Shown here piece after piece: positions 24,999 to 37,907 of a stretch of 64,000 nt of DNA. Position 1 is the stretch's first letter. Each line of letters starts with the position of its first letter. Both the position numbers and the translations under genes were made by a program. The DNA comes from Trichosphaerium sp. ATCC 40318 (taxonomy: Eukaryota > Protista > Tubulinea): positions 13,239 through 77,238 of the forward strand of contig JALMLS010000460.1 in NCBI GenBank assembly GCA_038496445.1, given 5' to 3'. The notes beneath the pieces were generated by a model that searched no databases, had not been told where the DNA came from, and was given only the letters and a program-made list of their open reading frames with translations.

Positions 24999-25539
24999 GG
25001 GGGGACGCTGAGAATGGAATGACCTTAGCCCCACGGGCATCTTCGGGCTTGAAACCCATCTAAAATCGCGTAAAACGCTGAAAAAATAGGATAGCGAACT
25101 GCGTAGATTGATTACTTGAGTTCAAAGCCCGAAATTTCATTTTTTTTCTCAACTTTTTGACCTTAATTACACGGATTTGAAACAACTTTTAAAGCTATTC
25201 TTCCGCTATTGCACCACTTGGAGACGCATTTTAGGTGGTGTAGAGCAAATTCGTTATTTTTTTTTGCTTTCAAATTGAGACTTCTTATTGAAAGTGTACC
25301 CATAGCATGTACTACGTGTGTAGATGCTATGGGTAACGTAGTTTTGAACAAATGTGCTTTTAAACAGAAAGATTGAAAAAATGCAGTCGTTTTTTGAAAA
25401 AAAAAAACTTTTGCAACAAAAAAACGTCACAAAAAGGCACACGCTAAAAGTTGGGTTTTTCAAAAGCCCTCATGTCAAAGATATAGGCCCGAAAATTTGA
25501 GCCGATTTGAACAATTTCTGCACATCTCAGCGTGCCCCC
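24999..25539 (-). mobile_element. TTAA-target MITE, copy 2 (inverted)
   Basis: TTAA|GGGGGGACGCTGAGA ... TCTCAGCGTGCCCCC|TTAA; reverse complement of 1363-1899. Confidence 0.9.
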
Positions 25540-25662
25540 TTAAATAAAAAAAACAGTGACTTTATTTGACAGAAGCTTTAATGTATCAGTTTGTGGTCTC
25601 AGGATAGTTGAGTCTCATCCTAGTGATCCATGTTCTCTACTCCAATCTTTTAGTTTGGATTA

Positions 25663-27290
25663 TCAAAGGATGTTGATTTTCTTTGCTTTCATGACTTTAA
25701 TACGTTCAACCACATTAAATCCAAGCTCTTCTAAAACGTGCCCAACAATATCACTTACTTTTACAGTTGCGTCATTCATCAATGATCCAAGTTCCTGTGC
25801 TCTTTCATATGCAATTCCCACCTTGACAAGTCTTTCTTTCCAATCAAGGTCTTTGTTGGGTTGTTGGTATGTTGATCTCGTTGAAGGAGGACTGAACGTT
25901 ATCTAGGTAGTAATAGTTAATTGATAATTGATGTGGTGTATACCTTAGTTTCTTTGATGTAACTATTTTTGTCTATCCATGAATTTGTAGATGCTGCAGC
26001 ATCAATCACAGGTGAGAAAGAATCAATATTTTGGTAATCATTGTTGTATGGCGGATCAGACTAAATGGCCAAGTCAAATTGCTGTAGATTCTCACTAACA
26101 ATACCTTGTTTTCTTGATGATTTTGCAGTAAATCGAGAGCATCTTGAATGATGTCAATATGCTCAAGATCATCTCCAAACTTGGTGTATTCACGATTGGG
26201 ATCAACAAGCGCTTTTGACAAGTACTTCTCTTTTGGATCTTCTTTCACCTCTGCACGCTCTATCTTTTTCATGTAATCACAGTCGTTCTTACCTACCGTA
26301 CCTTTGTTGAGTACAGGTGCATTGGTTGTATGTGGTTTGATTTCCTTGTTGGAATTAATGTGAGCATGTTGTTGAGTTTGATCCAACTCGACACTCTCCT
26401 TGGTATTTGTATCGCCAATTAATGGTTTGTCACTGTTTACTGTACCACAGATGTATTGTTAGGATCGCCTTCGGCTTCTGTTGATGATGTACTGTCAATA
26501 TCGTCATGTTCATTCTCAAATATACAAGTTAATGGTATTGTAAAGCAATGAAAAGAGTTACATACTTCTTTGGAGTTTTTTTCATCTGTATGAAAAAAGC
26601 CTTTAAAAAAAAGACAACATAATACTTGAGTTTTTGGTATTTTGTTTGCGTATCTGCCCTTCTTCAGTTCTTTTCAGTTCAACTTGTTCAAATTTGTTGA
26701 GTATTTCTTTAGCAATGTACAAAAACGATTTTTCAATATCTATTATTTCCTTTGCTGATGTTTCAAACCACGTGAGGAATCCATGTTCTTCACAAAAGTG
26801 CTTCATTCCATGTTCTGCCCTAAAGTGCCGAAAATCATCTATCTTGTCTAGCTAACCTTGTCAGTGACTGTCTGAAGTATAGTTTATTGTACTTTTTTTA
26901 GGAGTATAAGGGTAGGAATAGGATCCTTAGTGCCAGGGAAAATGTTGTGTTTAAGAAATTTTAGCCATTGTAACCCAGCTTCAACACTTTGTTCATCTAT
27001 TATATCACAAACCACCATGGCTCCTAATGCATTGTTGCATAACTTCTAATAACAATTTTACTACTAATGACATATTTGGAGTAATGTCGTACTTTGCTGT
27101 TAGCCACAAACCGCTCTTGTCCTACAAACACAGTTTAAACAGCACACTTTTGTTTCAATACAAACCTGCAAGTTCCTACAAATTCAAGTCAAAACCCAAC
27201 ACGTGATTTGCTTTTTAATTACCCATAATTGTAGCTTAACTGTAGTCTTGTTATCAACATGTACAAATTTGCAGGAAAGTCAGCACTAAT
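25663..27290 (-). pseudogene. Rab32/38-like GTPase copy 3; 5' exons (P-loop) missing at the transposon cluster
   Basis: VKLQLW|ELAG|QERF, FCEEHGFLTWFETSAKE, KFGDD motif and intact SAM-like exon; no G1 exon before the element at 27353. Confidence 0.75.
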
Positions 27291-27352
27291 CTAATAAGAT
27301 AAGCCACAGCGAGGACCCGACCGTAAGAGAACCAGGCGCTTTCTAGTTTAGT

Positions 27353-28480
27353 CAGTAGTAAATTAAAAATGGGATTTTCCTTTGGAATCCTGTTAAATTC
27401 TGTGTTTTTTAAGGATTTTAACAGAATTGTGGAAAAAATCCCTAAGCAATCTGAATTTTCAATAGGATTTTTGATGGGATTTCTGCTATATTCCATTAAA
27501 ATAAGGAATTTCTTGGGATTTGTAAAAAAATCCCAAACAACAATATTGGCAAATGTTGGCAGCATATCAACGGGAATACTTGAAGGGATTTTTAATGGAA
27601 TTCCGTATGGATTTTGTAGGGAATTCCTTTGGGATTTTTAATGGAATTCCATAGGGATTTTTAACAAAATTCTGTATGGATTTTGTGAGAATTCCTTTGA
27701 AAAATATTTTTGGTGAAAATTCATTATTTCGACAACTATCAAAGCCTTACCTAACCAAGTTTTTTTTTAGTAAACCACATTGTCACCCTTTTATTGGTGT
27801 AGAAAACCAATGGATACAACGAAAAGACGTTAAATCAAAAAGTAAGTGAGATAAGTATTTTGGTGATTTTCGTTAGCAGCGACATTTCTATATCGCTTAC
27901 TAATCCGTTTTGAGGCTTTTAAAGCATTTCAAAGGCCTTTACACACCACTAGGACACGCATTTAGGGCATTAATCTCAAGTACGTTGTTTTTGAAGGTTA
28001 TTTCCATTTAATTTATCAAAAAACTACTCTTTTCTTATTTTAGCTTCTACGAATGCGTTATTAGCAGTTTATGATTGCGATACCAGGTGTGATAAAATTC
28101 TTGGCCAAAGATTGAAAAGATTTGATGAGTTTGACCTGTACGTGATAACGTGTGGAACATTTACATTTTGTAACTAAATTATCATTGGTAAATAAAACGA
28201 ATTTTGTGCTACAAGACTTGATGTAAATATTGTAAAGTATTTCGAGGTAATTTGTTTGGAATTTCATAAGAAATCCATTGGGAATTCCATTGTTAATCCT
28301 TATGGAATTCCATTGTTAATCCTTAAGGAATTCCGTCCGGATTCTTTAAGGAATTCCATTCGGATTCCATAGGGAATTCCGTCTGGATTCCATAGGAATA
28401 AAGGAAGAGATTTTCCGCTTATAAATCCTTAGGATTTTAAGACGGAATCCCTTAAAAACCCCGATTTAAATTTACCACTG
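27353..28480. mobile_element. Non-autonomous TIR element with GGAATTCC/GGGATTTT subterminal arrays
   Basis: Left CAGTAGTAAATTAAAAATGGGATTTT vs right reverse complement CAGTGGTAAATTTAAATCGGGGTTTT; dense subterminal repeats at both ends; no TSD found. Confidence 0.7.
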
Positions 28481-29461
28481 TTGGCATCAGATGGCAAAAT
28501 CAAGGCATTTGCATTTGGCAATGCCCAATAAAATAAGGCATTTTTACAAAAAGGCAATGCCTTCATCAAAAAGGCATTAATACCAGGCATTTTTGGGCAT
28601 CTTTTGGCATTGCATAAAATCAGGTAATGCCTTGTATTGCATTTTTTGGCATTGCATAAAATCAAGTAATGCCTTGTATTGCAAGTACTTTATGCCTTTA
28701 TTATGCCTTATTTTTTTAAGCAATATATGCCTTGTATTTTAATTGATATATAAGGCATTGCCTATACTATATCATAGGACTGATCACATTAAGGAAGTGG
28801 TTTAAGGTAAGTAACAGTCAAACAACTTTTACACTTTTTTTTTCACATCACCTACTGACGTTTTATATAGATAGGCATCTAGCGCTCTTACTAATTCATG
28901 AAATTAGACGAAACCACTGCCAAACGAACCGCAGCACCCTATATCACCTACAATAGTAGTAGGAGTGAACTCCGCGATATTTCCAGGACCGCGGAATTCT
29001 AACACTACAAGGTAAGTTTTTTTTTTTTTTTTTCTACACCATCTCATATTTTCTTTAAGGTTTTTTCAAATGTGGACTTAGGAGTTTTGTGTATTGTATG
29101 TGTACTGTATTATAAAATAAATAGTTGTGTTATTACCTGAAAATGCCCTGGTTTATTAGGCACTGTAGACTATGACAATGCTTTCTTTTTGCCTTCAAAA
29201 TAAGGCATTGATGCATGAGTTATGCCCTAATTTGAAGGCATAATTCTTTAAAATATGCAGGCAAAACCATTGCAATCTTGTGTACCAGATGCAAGCATTT
29301 TTTATCAAATATAAGGCATTTTTGGAGCAAAAAATAAGGCATTGCCTTGTATTTGCCTTTTTGAATGAGGCAAAAACTAGGCATTTTTGTAAAAAATAAG
29401 GCATTATTTGATGAAAATGCCTAGGCATTGTCCAAAAATGCCTTGTTGAGTTTCAGCCCTG
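28481..29461. mobile_element. hAT-like non-autonomous element with AGGCATT/AATGCC subterminal repeats; left end lost
   Basis: Right end reverse complement CAGGGCTGAAACTCAACAAGGCATT; dozens of GGCAT motifs at both ends around a unique core. Confidence 0.6.
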
Positions 29462-30048
29462 AAGTAGTTCCGGTTTCTTAACGTTCCTTGCTGCCGCTGT
29501 CCAGTCGCTGGCTGTACCCACCACAAGCACTGTATTTGCCCAGGCATAAAGAACTTCTCTAATTTTGTACACATTGTGTTGTACAGAATTGTTGCCTATT
29601 TTGATCCAATTTTTTGTTTTTTGGCGTAAGTGAGACATGCCAATACCAACCAGATCAAGGTAAAGTGTAAAGACCAACATTTTGGCTAAAAAACCACGTG
29701 ATCTCTCAAGAGCCCACAAAATAGGCTCATGCTTTTCAACATATGCCTGCATTGCCCAAAACGTTGTTCGGGAAAGTTTTTTGTGCACGTGGTCACGAGC
29801 TGAGTAGTAAGAAAGCATTTTATGATAGAGATAAGTGAACAAAAAAATGTGCGACTTATCCACATAGAGATAGCCAGCCAAAAATTTTTGCGGGTTATCC
29901 CTCATTAGAATGTATTTAGTAATTTAACAGAGGCACGTGATACACTATGTACCATTTATGAGAAAGCCAAATTTCGTAAACAAAAAAGCAAGGAAGGCTC
30001 AAAGTATCTTGAACCAGAATTGACTTAACCTGACGCCTAAACGCCTAA
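29462..30048 (-). mobile_element. Truncated transposase N-terminus (Harbinger/ISL2EU-like), cut by the adjacent element
   Basis: ORF LWALERSRGFLAKMLVFTLYLDLVGIG...SVQHNVYKIREVLYAWA...DWTAAAR ends by reading into the CAGGGCTGA terminus; family call rests on recalled resemblance only. Confidence 0.45.
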
Positions 30049-30547
30049 CTCAACACACACCATTAAAATGGGTGCTAACAGTATCTTGAGTGTTAAATAA
30101 ATATCTGTGCTTGTAAGTGCACAAGCAATCCGTTTGTAACTTTTTTTGGCTGTTGCTTGGTTTTAGCATATTTTGGATTTTAGATGTACCAACAGTACCT
30201 GCATGTGCTTTCCACGCGTAAAAATAACGCAACAAGCGTTAACTGCTCACTTGAGATTTACAATTTTAATGTCGCATATTTAGAACTAATAATGGAACAA
30301 ACCGTATCTCTACATGTGAGAAAGTATGGTGAGAGTGTTTTGGCAGTTAGAAAAAATGCCACAGTCGACATTTCCCTTTCGTGAAAGTAGAGCAACTTGG
30401 TTAACGGTACGGGTAGACAAAGGTGATTTACTTCTTGTGCGCACTCCAAACGATTCTTCAGCGTTCAAAATGGTTGATTGGAGAAAAATTGCCGCTTGTC
30501 AAAATAAGTAAACATTTTTACAACATAAATTTTCACAAAGCACGTTT

Positions 30548-32405
30548 ATGGCTGAGCCGCAATCAAACGAGGGTAATTTACAATATGTTAACCGGTTGGC
30601 CACTGGTTGGAATTATTCAATGGCAATCGCAGACGATGGCTTTGTTTACACGTGGGGACTAAACAATGACCGCCAATTGGGTAACACAGCCGACAAAAAG
30701 AGTTCTATCGCAAGACCAATACAGTCACTCATAAATATTGTCTGTATTGCTGCTGGGTTCTATCATAGCCTTGCAGTTGATTCTAGCGGTATTGTGTATG
30801 CTTGGGGCTGTAATTCAGATGGTCAAGTCGGTCTGGGTCACTTTGAGTCACCTGTTTCGTCACCAACACGTGTTCCAAATCTCACAAATATCACTCAAGT
30901 CACTGCTTGTAATGCTAGTATGGCATTATCACAATCAGGTAATGTCTACTCATGGGGAAGCAACTACTGCGGTGTATTGGGTCATTCGTTCCACAAGGGT
31001 GCAGTTTCATTTCCAATAGTAATTCCTCATCTTGAAGAAGTCACAACAATTGAAACTAGTGAGCGTGTAAGTGGAGCAATTACATCAAAAGGTCATGTAT
31101 TTCTTTGGGGAACAAAAATTATCAAAGACATAGACAAATCATTATTCTTGAAACCAAATAGAATTTCATGTGTTCCAAGTATTGAAAATGCCACTGATAT
31201 TGCCATTGGTGAGCATCATGTGCTTGTTCTCCTCAAGTCAGGACAAGTATTTTCTTTTGGATGTAACAAAGATGGGTGCCTTGGGTTAGGGCGGCTTGGG
31301 ATCTTGGTAAAAAAAGAGTATGCTCGAGGTATAATTAAAGGACTCAACAATATCAAATCTATCCATGCTGGTCACAATTCATCATTTGCAATTGATGATG
31401 AAGGTTGTTTGTTCGCTTGGGGTAGCGGGAAATGGATGGAGTGGTTCAAATCAAAGACACCATTAAAATTACCTGGAAAATATCGTGAGTTTGCCCACAA
31501 ACGATTTCATTCGTTGGCAATATCTCAAGGTTTTGGATTGGTCGTAGACGGTCTTAACAGTGATGGCGAATCAGAACCACAGAACTTGATGTTCAATCAC
31601 AAAAAGGTACATAATCTCACGTTTTTCAGTATGTTATACTCAATGATATTTAGATACATCATCAAGAATTGGATAAAAAACCCATCAACAAATCATCAAT
31701 CAAAGTACATCTATCTGATGATGAGATGTTCATGTCAAAAAAAGTCATTCGAGATGTACCTCAGAAGTTTGGAGAATCAAAACGAGATCTTGAGATTCTT
31801 GAAAATGCTCAAAATCTCAAACAAGAACAAGACCTCAAACAAATCATTGACAACAATGTAAGTCTTCACTATGTAACTTCCATTGATCAGTAACTCTTTT
31901 GACTTTTTAGGACGGCTCAGTTGATTCAATCAAGCATGAATCAAATCAACAACCACCTTTAATCAATGTAAGTCTTCTTTATGTAACTTCCATTGATCAT
32001 TAACTCTTCTATCTTTTAAGGATGATTCAGTTAACATCAACGAATCAAATCAACAACCACCTTTAATCAATGCTGATGAGCTTGTATCAACACAATCATG
32101 GATGGATAAGTTTGAAACGATCAACCTTGACAATGTAATAACTACAACTTTTTGGAATCCTATTATTCACTAACTTGTTGTAGCCTTCGATTGCACTTCC
32201 ATCAGAATCTGTGACAAACAAACCATCCTCTTGGATCACAGTATTAATGTCAGCTGGGTTTACTGAATCGAGATCACAGAAGTTTGGATTATTGTTAGAT
32301 CGTATGTGCGTTGACTTGAAAGATATCACAGGTGAGATTATGAAAGAGCTTGGATTCACACCTCTTGAACGTCTCCTGTTTATCAAATACCAAGACAACC
32401 ACTAA
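30548..32405 (+). CDS. RCC1-repeat protein with C-terminal SAM-like tail (copy 1)
   Basis: Repeated GxVYxWGxNxxGQLG and IAAGxxHSLA blades; spliced tail MSKKVIRDVPQKFGES...QSWMDK...SWITVLMSAGF...ELGFTPLER. Confidence 0.9.
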
Positions 32406-32736
32406 AATGTTACAAGTTGCCGCATATCTTAATACCAACACATGTCAACATAAAATTTAATAAACAATAACGTAGTCAGATCACAAATGTGTTTCATATC
32501 ACCAAGGCTCCTCCTTGTCAACACTAGCACTATGAGAACTTTTGGTAATGTTTATCAAAGTAGATAGAGCAAATCGGCTTTCCATTATACTCAAGTCATG
32601 CGGACCGCTATGAAAGGAATGAGGACTTTGGTAAGTTCATGCTGTAAGACTGTTGATAAGTGACTCTTTAATTGAGCTATTCAAACGTACTTGCTACCAG
32701 GAACCTCTTTCCTTAGGAGCAAAACATTTCGAATGA

Positions 32737-33409
32737 CTATGTCTTTTTGTTGTACAGTCTAATGAAATGATGTGTCCTTAGTTTCCCATTTGTTTCCCAT
32801 TCTCTGTACTCTCCTTCCATCGATCCATTGGTGTAATTACAATGCATGTACATCTGTCCATTGAAGTACCATTCCTTGTATTCTCCTTCTCGATTTCCGT
32901 TTACACAATAACCATGACTGCGAACTTTACCATTTCTATGCCACTCTCTGAACTCTCCTTCCTTCAAGTCATTAACATAGTTACATCGTATCTCTAGCTC
33001 TCCAGTGTTGTACCATTTCTTGTACTCTCCTTCTCGGTTACCATCAATATATGTACTCTTCTCCTTTAACTGGCTATTGTTGTACCAACTCTTGCACTCA
33101 CCATCAAGTCTTCCATGACTCCGAGTTTCCATAGCAATGACTTGATGTTTTACGAAGATTGACGGAGATTTCTGCTCAACCGGTTTTCCATGGTTTGTGG
33201 TTGAAGAGATACGCTTGTACTTCAGCCATTTTCCATGTTTTAACATCTCACCATCAAACCTTGTTGTTGTAGCTGTTTGTTTTGATAACAATGGCCATAA
33301 TACATACACTTCAACCCCCATATCAATAATATCGAGCTGTAGTTCATGCGGAAGATTCAATAAAGTGGAAATACGCGATTGTAACGTTTTGGTCTATTTT
33401 GGCGTTCAT
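32737..33409 (-). CDS. Intronless F-box-like + MORN-variant repeat protein
   Basis: LLNLPHELQLDII start; repeated GxREGEYKEWYxNG units; ATG at 33409 needs one frameshift. Confidence 0.75.
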
Positions 33410-33757
33410 TAGCAAATTGGCTATAACATGGGTACGCAGTATACTGTGCCTTAATAGTTGACGCCATTCCAATGCAGTGTGTTGAGTTACACGTAGGTTT
33501 TCTATGTAAAGTCAAGTCTGGTTCAAGATTCTTAAACTTTTTAGGTGTAACAAAATATTCCTGACCCATTTTTGGGATTGAGTGTAATCAGAAATGTGCA
33601 AAAACAGTAGATTACGTAGTAAGTATACTTAGCATGTATATAAATAATTGTGACTCAGTATTGAAACAACTGTACTATCAAAAAGTCTTAACACTAAACG
33701 TGGCAAAACGGCTTTTTTAAGATGACATCAACCTTTCATAGCCAGTGATTCCCTATT

Positions 33758-33879
33758 TAGTCACGGTCCTATTCTTAGGACCCACGTTTTTTCTGAATTT
33801 TTTGAAAGAAAAAATTCGAAAAAATAGAATTCGATACAAAATTTTTGATTTTTACCCGGAAAAAATAGGACGCTGACTA
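33758..33879. mobile_element. ~120-bp mini-MITE
   Basis: TAGTCACGGTCCTATT ... AATAGGACGCTGACTA imperfect TIR. Confidence 0.5.
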
Positions 33880-34911
33880 ATTATGCACTTAAGAAGTTTT
33901 GACATTCCTAACCTATTTAAATACATTATTTACAAACATTGAAGCATATAAGAATTTATATATACTCTGTGAAAGTTCACAGTTGTACAGAAAAGCCGAC
34001 TAAAAATACAATTGGCATTTTTTCAAAATTTGAAATGCTCACTGGCTTGGATCTCTATCATGTATATTGTTATTTTGTGTTTTACTTACGGTAAAAACAT
34101 TTGTTCTTGTACTCATCGAATTTTTACTATTCTACAGAGCCTCTAAGCAAAGTTATTTTGGTGGATTGTTGCTTTTTTTAACATTCGTAAATTAACCATT
34201 TCGCTCCAAAAATGTTCCCATGACCTACAATTGTACCTTTTTTATTGGCTTCAATGGTTGATTTTAGCAATAACGTGAAAGGTGCATTTTAGATGGTTCC
34301 TAGTCACAGAATTTTGGCACCTTTGCACTTTGGATTTTTTTTTCAAACCAAAACCCGGCACCTTCCTCAAGCAAAGTTTGATATGTCACACAGTTTAGCA
34401 GTAAATATGTGAACTGCCAATCAACAATTTCAATGAAAAGTATCTTGATTGAACGCCAGAACCTATTTCATCGCTTTTTATACACCAAACTAAGCTTTAT
34501 TTGTTGCATTCAAGGTAACGCAACCTTTGTTTTAAACTTTAAGGCGTTTTGTGTCTGCTGTTTAAGGGTAGGATAATACGTCAATGTCACGAGGAAGCGA
34601 GGTACGAGTTGTAGTTAAGTATGTTTATTATTGTTCTAGGTTACATGATATCGTGACAGTCAATAGTAATACAAGGAGTGTACCTATCTTCTGAGTGTTC
34701 TCTTTTTCTAAGGCTTTGTTTCGCATATAAATACCTATTTCTGTCTATTTAGGTACATTACGGGGTGTTGGCACGCTTTATATTTGATATTGCGATTTTT
34801 TATTACACCTAACTTTTTTTCGATTTACACTTAAGGAGTTTAAGCCTCTTACTTTTTGTTTGCGAGCATCTTGAAGACATACGTGGCTGGAATTAAATTC
34901 ACCATTCGAAA

Positions 34912-37395
34912 ATGGTACGTAGATGTTTTATCATGTCATTTGTTAAATTACTAGCAAACGCTAATATTACGCATCCTACATTACTACTTACTCAGGGCAC
35001 TTTAGCGTTCACGTCCGAAATCACGTGACTAAAATTTTTGCTTTTTCGAATTTCGTTGTACGTACGCTCACTAACATTGATGTTGTAGTCCGAATCAATA
35101 GAATGTAACAGATATTTTAAGGTGGTAATTGTTGGTTCGAGACCCTTTTTTAAATACTAAGGTGCTAACAATGGTGTTTCAAAACACAGGACATCCAGGC
35201 TCAGGAAAAACGTCAATTGTGAAGCGCTTTACAGATAACACTTTCTCGTCTCCTGAACCAACTGTACGTATATTGGTTGTCTCTTTTCTAGTATTGAAAC
35301 GTGTACAGAAAACTCAACTTTTTGAAAAAGGCAGAACTGTTCTTGTTGAGTCAGGTCAAGTTAACAGTCTGGTTTTCTTAATATAGTAATTTTTAACCAC
35401 GTGGAAAGGTGTCATGCAAAACCGCTCTCACCAGAGTAAATACCGCTGGTAAACATGTACAACGTACTGTTTGTTACGAGCGTGGCGTAAATGGACAAAT
35501 AACGTCCCTGCACCAGAGGTTGACATAAATCTGTAACTATTCCTTACTCAACAAAAAAAACTGTCAAAAAAAGACATGTGCAATGAGACCGAGGGCGTTG
35601 TACTACAATTTTGAAAAAAAAAATGAAACGGATAAAGTCTGTTGGTGGGTTTCCTTTTTGAGAAAAAGTAAAAAAAAAAAAACTGAAGCGTTAACTTGAC
35701 GTGACTTGACAATCGCTCATTTTCACAAATGATTATTCCTTTTGTATCTCAAAGTTTGTGTTGCTTATCTTATTAGTATGCAGTTGATTTTTCCTGCAAA
35801 TTCATTAATGTTGATAACACTAAAGTGAAGCTACACTTGTGGGTAATTGAACATAAAAATCACGTGTTTGTTTTTTGACTTGAATTTGTAGGAACTTCCA
35901 GGTTTGTATTGAAACAAAGGTGTGCTGTTTAAACTGTGTTTGTAGGACAAGATCGATTAGAACCAACAAGCAGAGTACAACTTTATTCTAAGTATGCAAT
36001 TATTGATATATTTTACTAGAAAAATTGCAAGAAAGCATTAGGAGCCATGGTTGTGGTAGACATTAACACCCATGCTCTTAAAGTTGCTTTACAATGGCAG
36101 AATTTTTTTAAACACAACATCTTCTTTCCTGGCACTACGGACCCTATTCCTACCATTATTCTCCTAACCCGTGTACATCAAAAACTTGATATATTTATCA
36201 ATCACATACCTTGTTTTGCGCTGACAATAAATGATACGTTTAGAGTGACTTGAAACGCTACAAGGATTTCAAAAAGAGTGATGATGAAATGGATAACTTT
36301 TGTGAAGAACATGGCTTCCTCACGTGGTTTGAAACATCAGCAAAGGACAACATTAATATTGAAGAACCGTTTACGTACATTGCTAAAGAAATACTCAAAA
36401 AATCAAAACCAGTTGAACTGAAGAGCGAAAAACGAAATAACGAAGGCAGCAAGAAGAAAAAGATAGAACGTGCAGAGTTGAAAGAAGATCCAAAAGACAA
36501 GTACTTATCAAAAGCGCTTGTTGATCCCAATCGTGTATACACCAAGTTTGGAGATGTTCAAGACCATCTTGATATCATTCAAGAAGCTTTTGAAGCCTTT
36601 AAAGTACAGCCAAACCAACAAGAAAATGAGGTATGTTATTAGAAAAAATATACACTACAGCTGCATCCTGACTGGCTGGTCTAGTCTGATGCTCCATACA
36701 ACAATGATTACTCCAATATTGATTCTTTATCATCTATTATCAATGTTGCAGTACCTACAAATTCATGGATAGACAAAGATACTTATGAGAGTGAAACCAT
36801 GAATGTACCCAAGGTACACCTATCAAATAACTGCTAATGTTACTTAGCTACTCACATTAATTGCCAATTAAATATTAAAATTACTTTAGCCGACATTCAG
36901 TTCTCCTTCAGCGACTTCAACGCAACAGCCGCAAAATCATCAAGACAACAAGGTATATGTTAGTAAAAAATCTACAACAATCTGAGACCATCTAGTCTGA
37001 TGCGCCATACAGCAATGATTGTAAGAATATTGATTCTTTCTCATCTGTGATTGGTGCTGCAGTATCTACAAATTCATGGATAGACAAAGACAGTTACATC
37101 AAAGAAACTAAGGTAGCTGTACCATATAAATTATCAATTAACTACTACTATCTAGATGACATTCAGTCCTCCTTCGCCACCTTCAACGTACCAACAGCCC
37201 AACAAAGAACTTGATTGGAAAGAAAGACTTGTCAAGGCAGGCATCGAAAATAGAAGAGCACAGGAACTTGGATCATTGATGAACGATGTGGTAGTTAGAG
37301 TGACTGATGTTACTGGACATACTTTAGAAGAACTTGGATTCACTATCAGTGAACGTATCAAAGTCATCAAAGCAAAGAGGAACAACATTCTTTAA
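34912..37395 (+). CDS. Rab32/38-like GTPase with SAM-like tail (copy 4)
   Basis: ATG-only exon; GHPGSGKT; LW|ELPG|QDR; FCEEHGFLTWFETSAKDNINIEE; duplicated NSWIDKD exons; ends ERIKVIKAKRNNIL*. Confidence 0.85.
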
Positions 37396-37907
37396 TAAAA
37401 AAAGCTTAATACCCTCACAGTTTGTTATCATAAGTTGACATGAAATAATTGTTACAACTGGTCCTATCCACATCTTAATCTAGCATTGTCCTAAACGAAT
37501 AGAAATACTTTGTTTATAAAAAGCCTACATTTTCAAATTGTGAAGGGTACTAAACAACATACCTAGCGCTGAAATCACTTATCGTCAAATACGCATGGAG
37601 CTTGCCTCGCTCATATGAGCAGTACCTATCACTATCCAATACCTTAGCTGCCGCCAAGTCCTGACTGGAATGGTGATATTACAATAGTATAGCTTTGTTT
37701 ACAGGAGCATTAGGATCATCTCCAACTCACAACTAGAATGAGGAGAATCACAAAATGAGTTATTTACCACATGAGGCAATATTTGATGCTACATACTAAA
37801 CAATTGGAAATTGTTATCGTTGAAGCTTACCCACTGCCAATGCAAAATACTTTTATTTAAATTCTATGTTGAATTCACATGCCAACAACATAATAACTTT
37901 TAACATT

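Noticed and set aside
27254-29428. Short ORFs in the GGAATTCC and GGCAT repeat blocks
   Set aside because: Products of subterminal transposon repeats; a possible hAT dimerisation remnant near 28870-28960 was too weak to call
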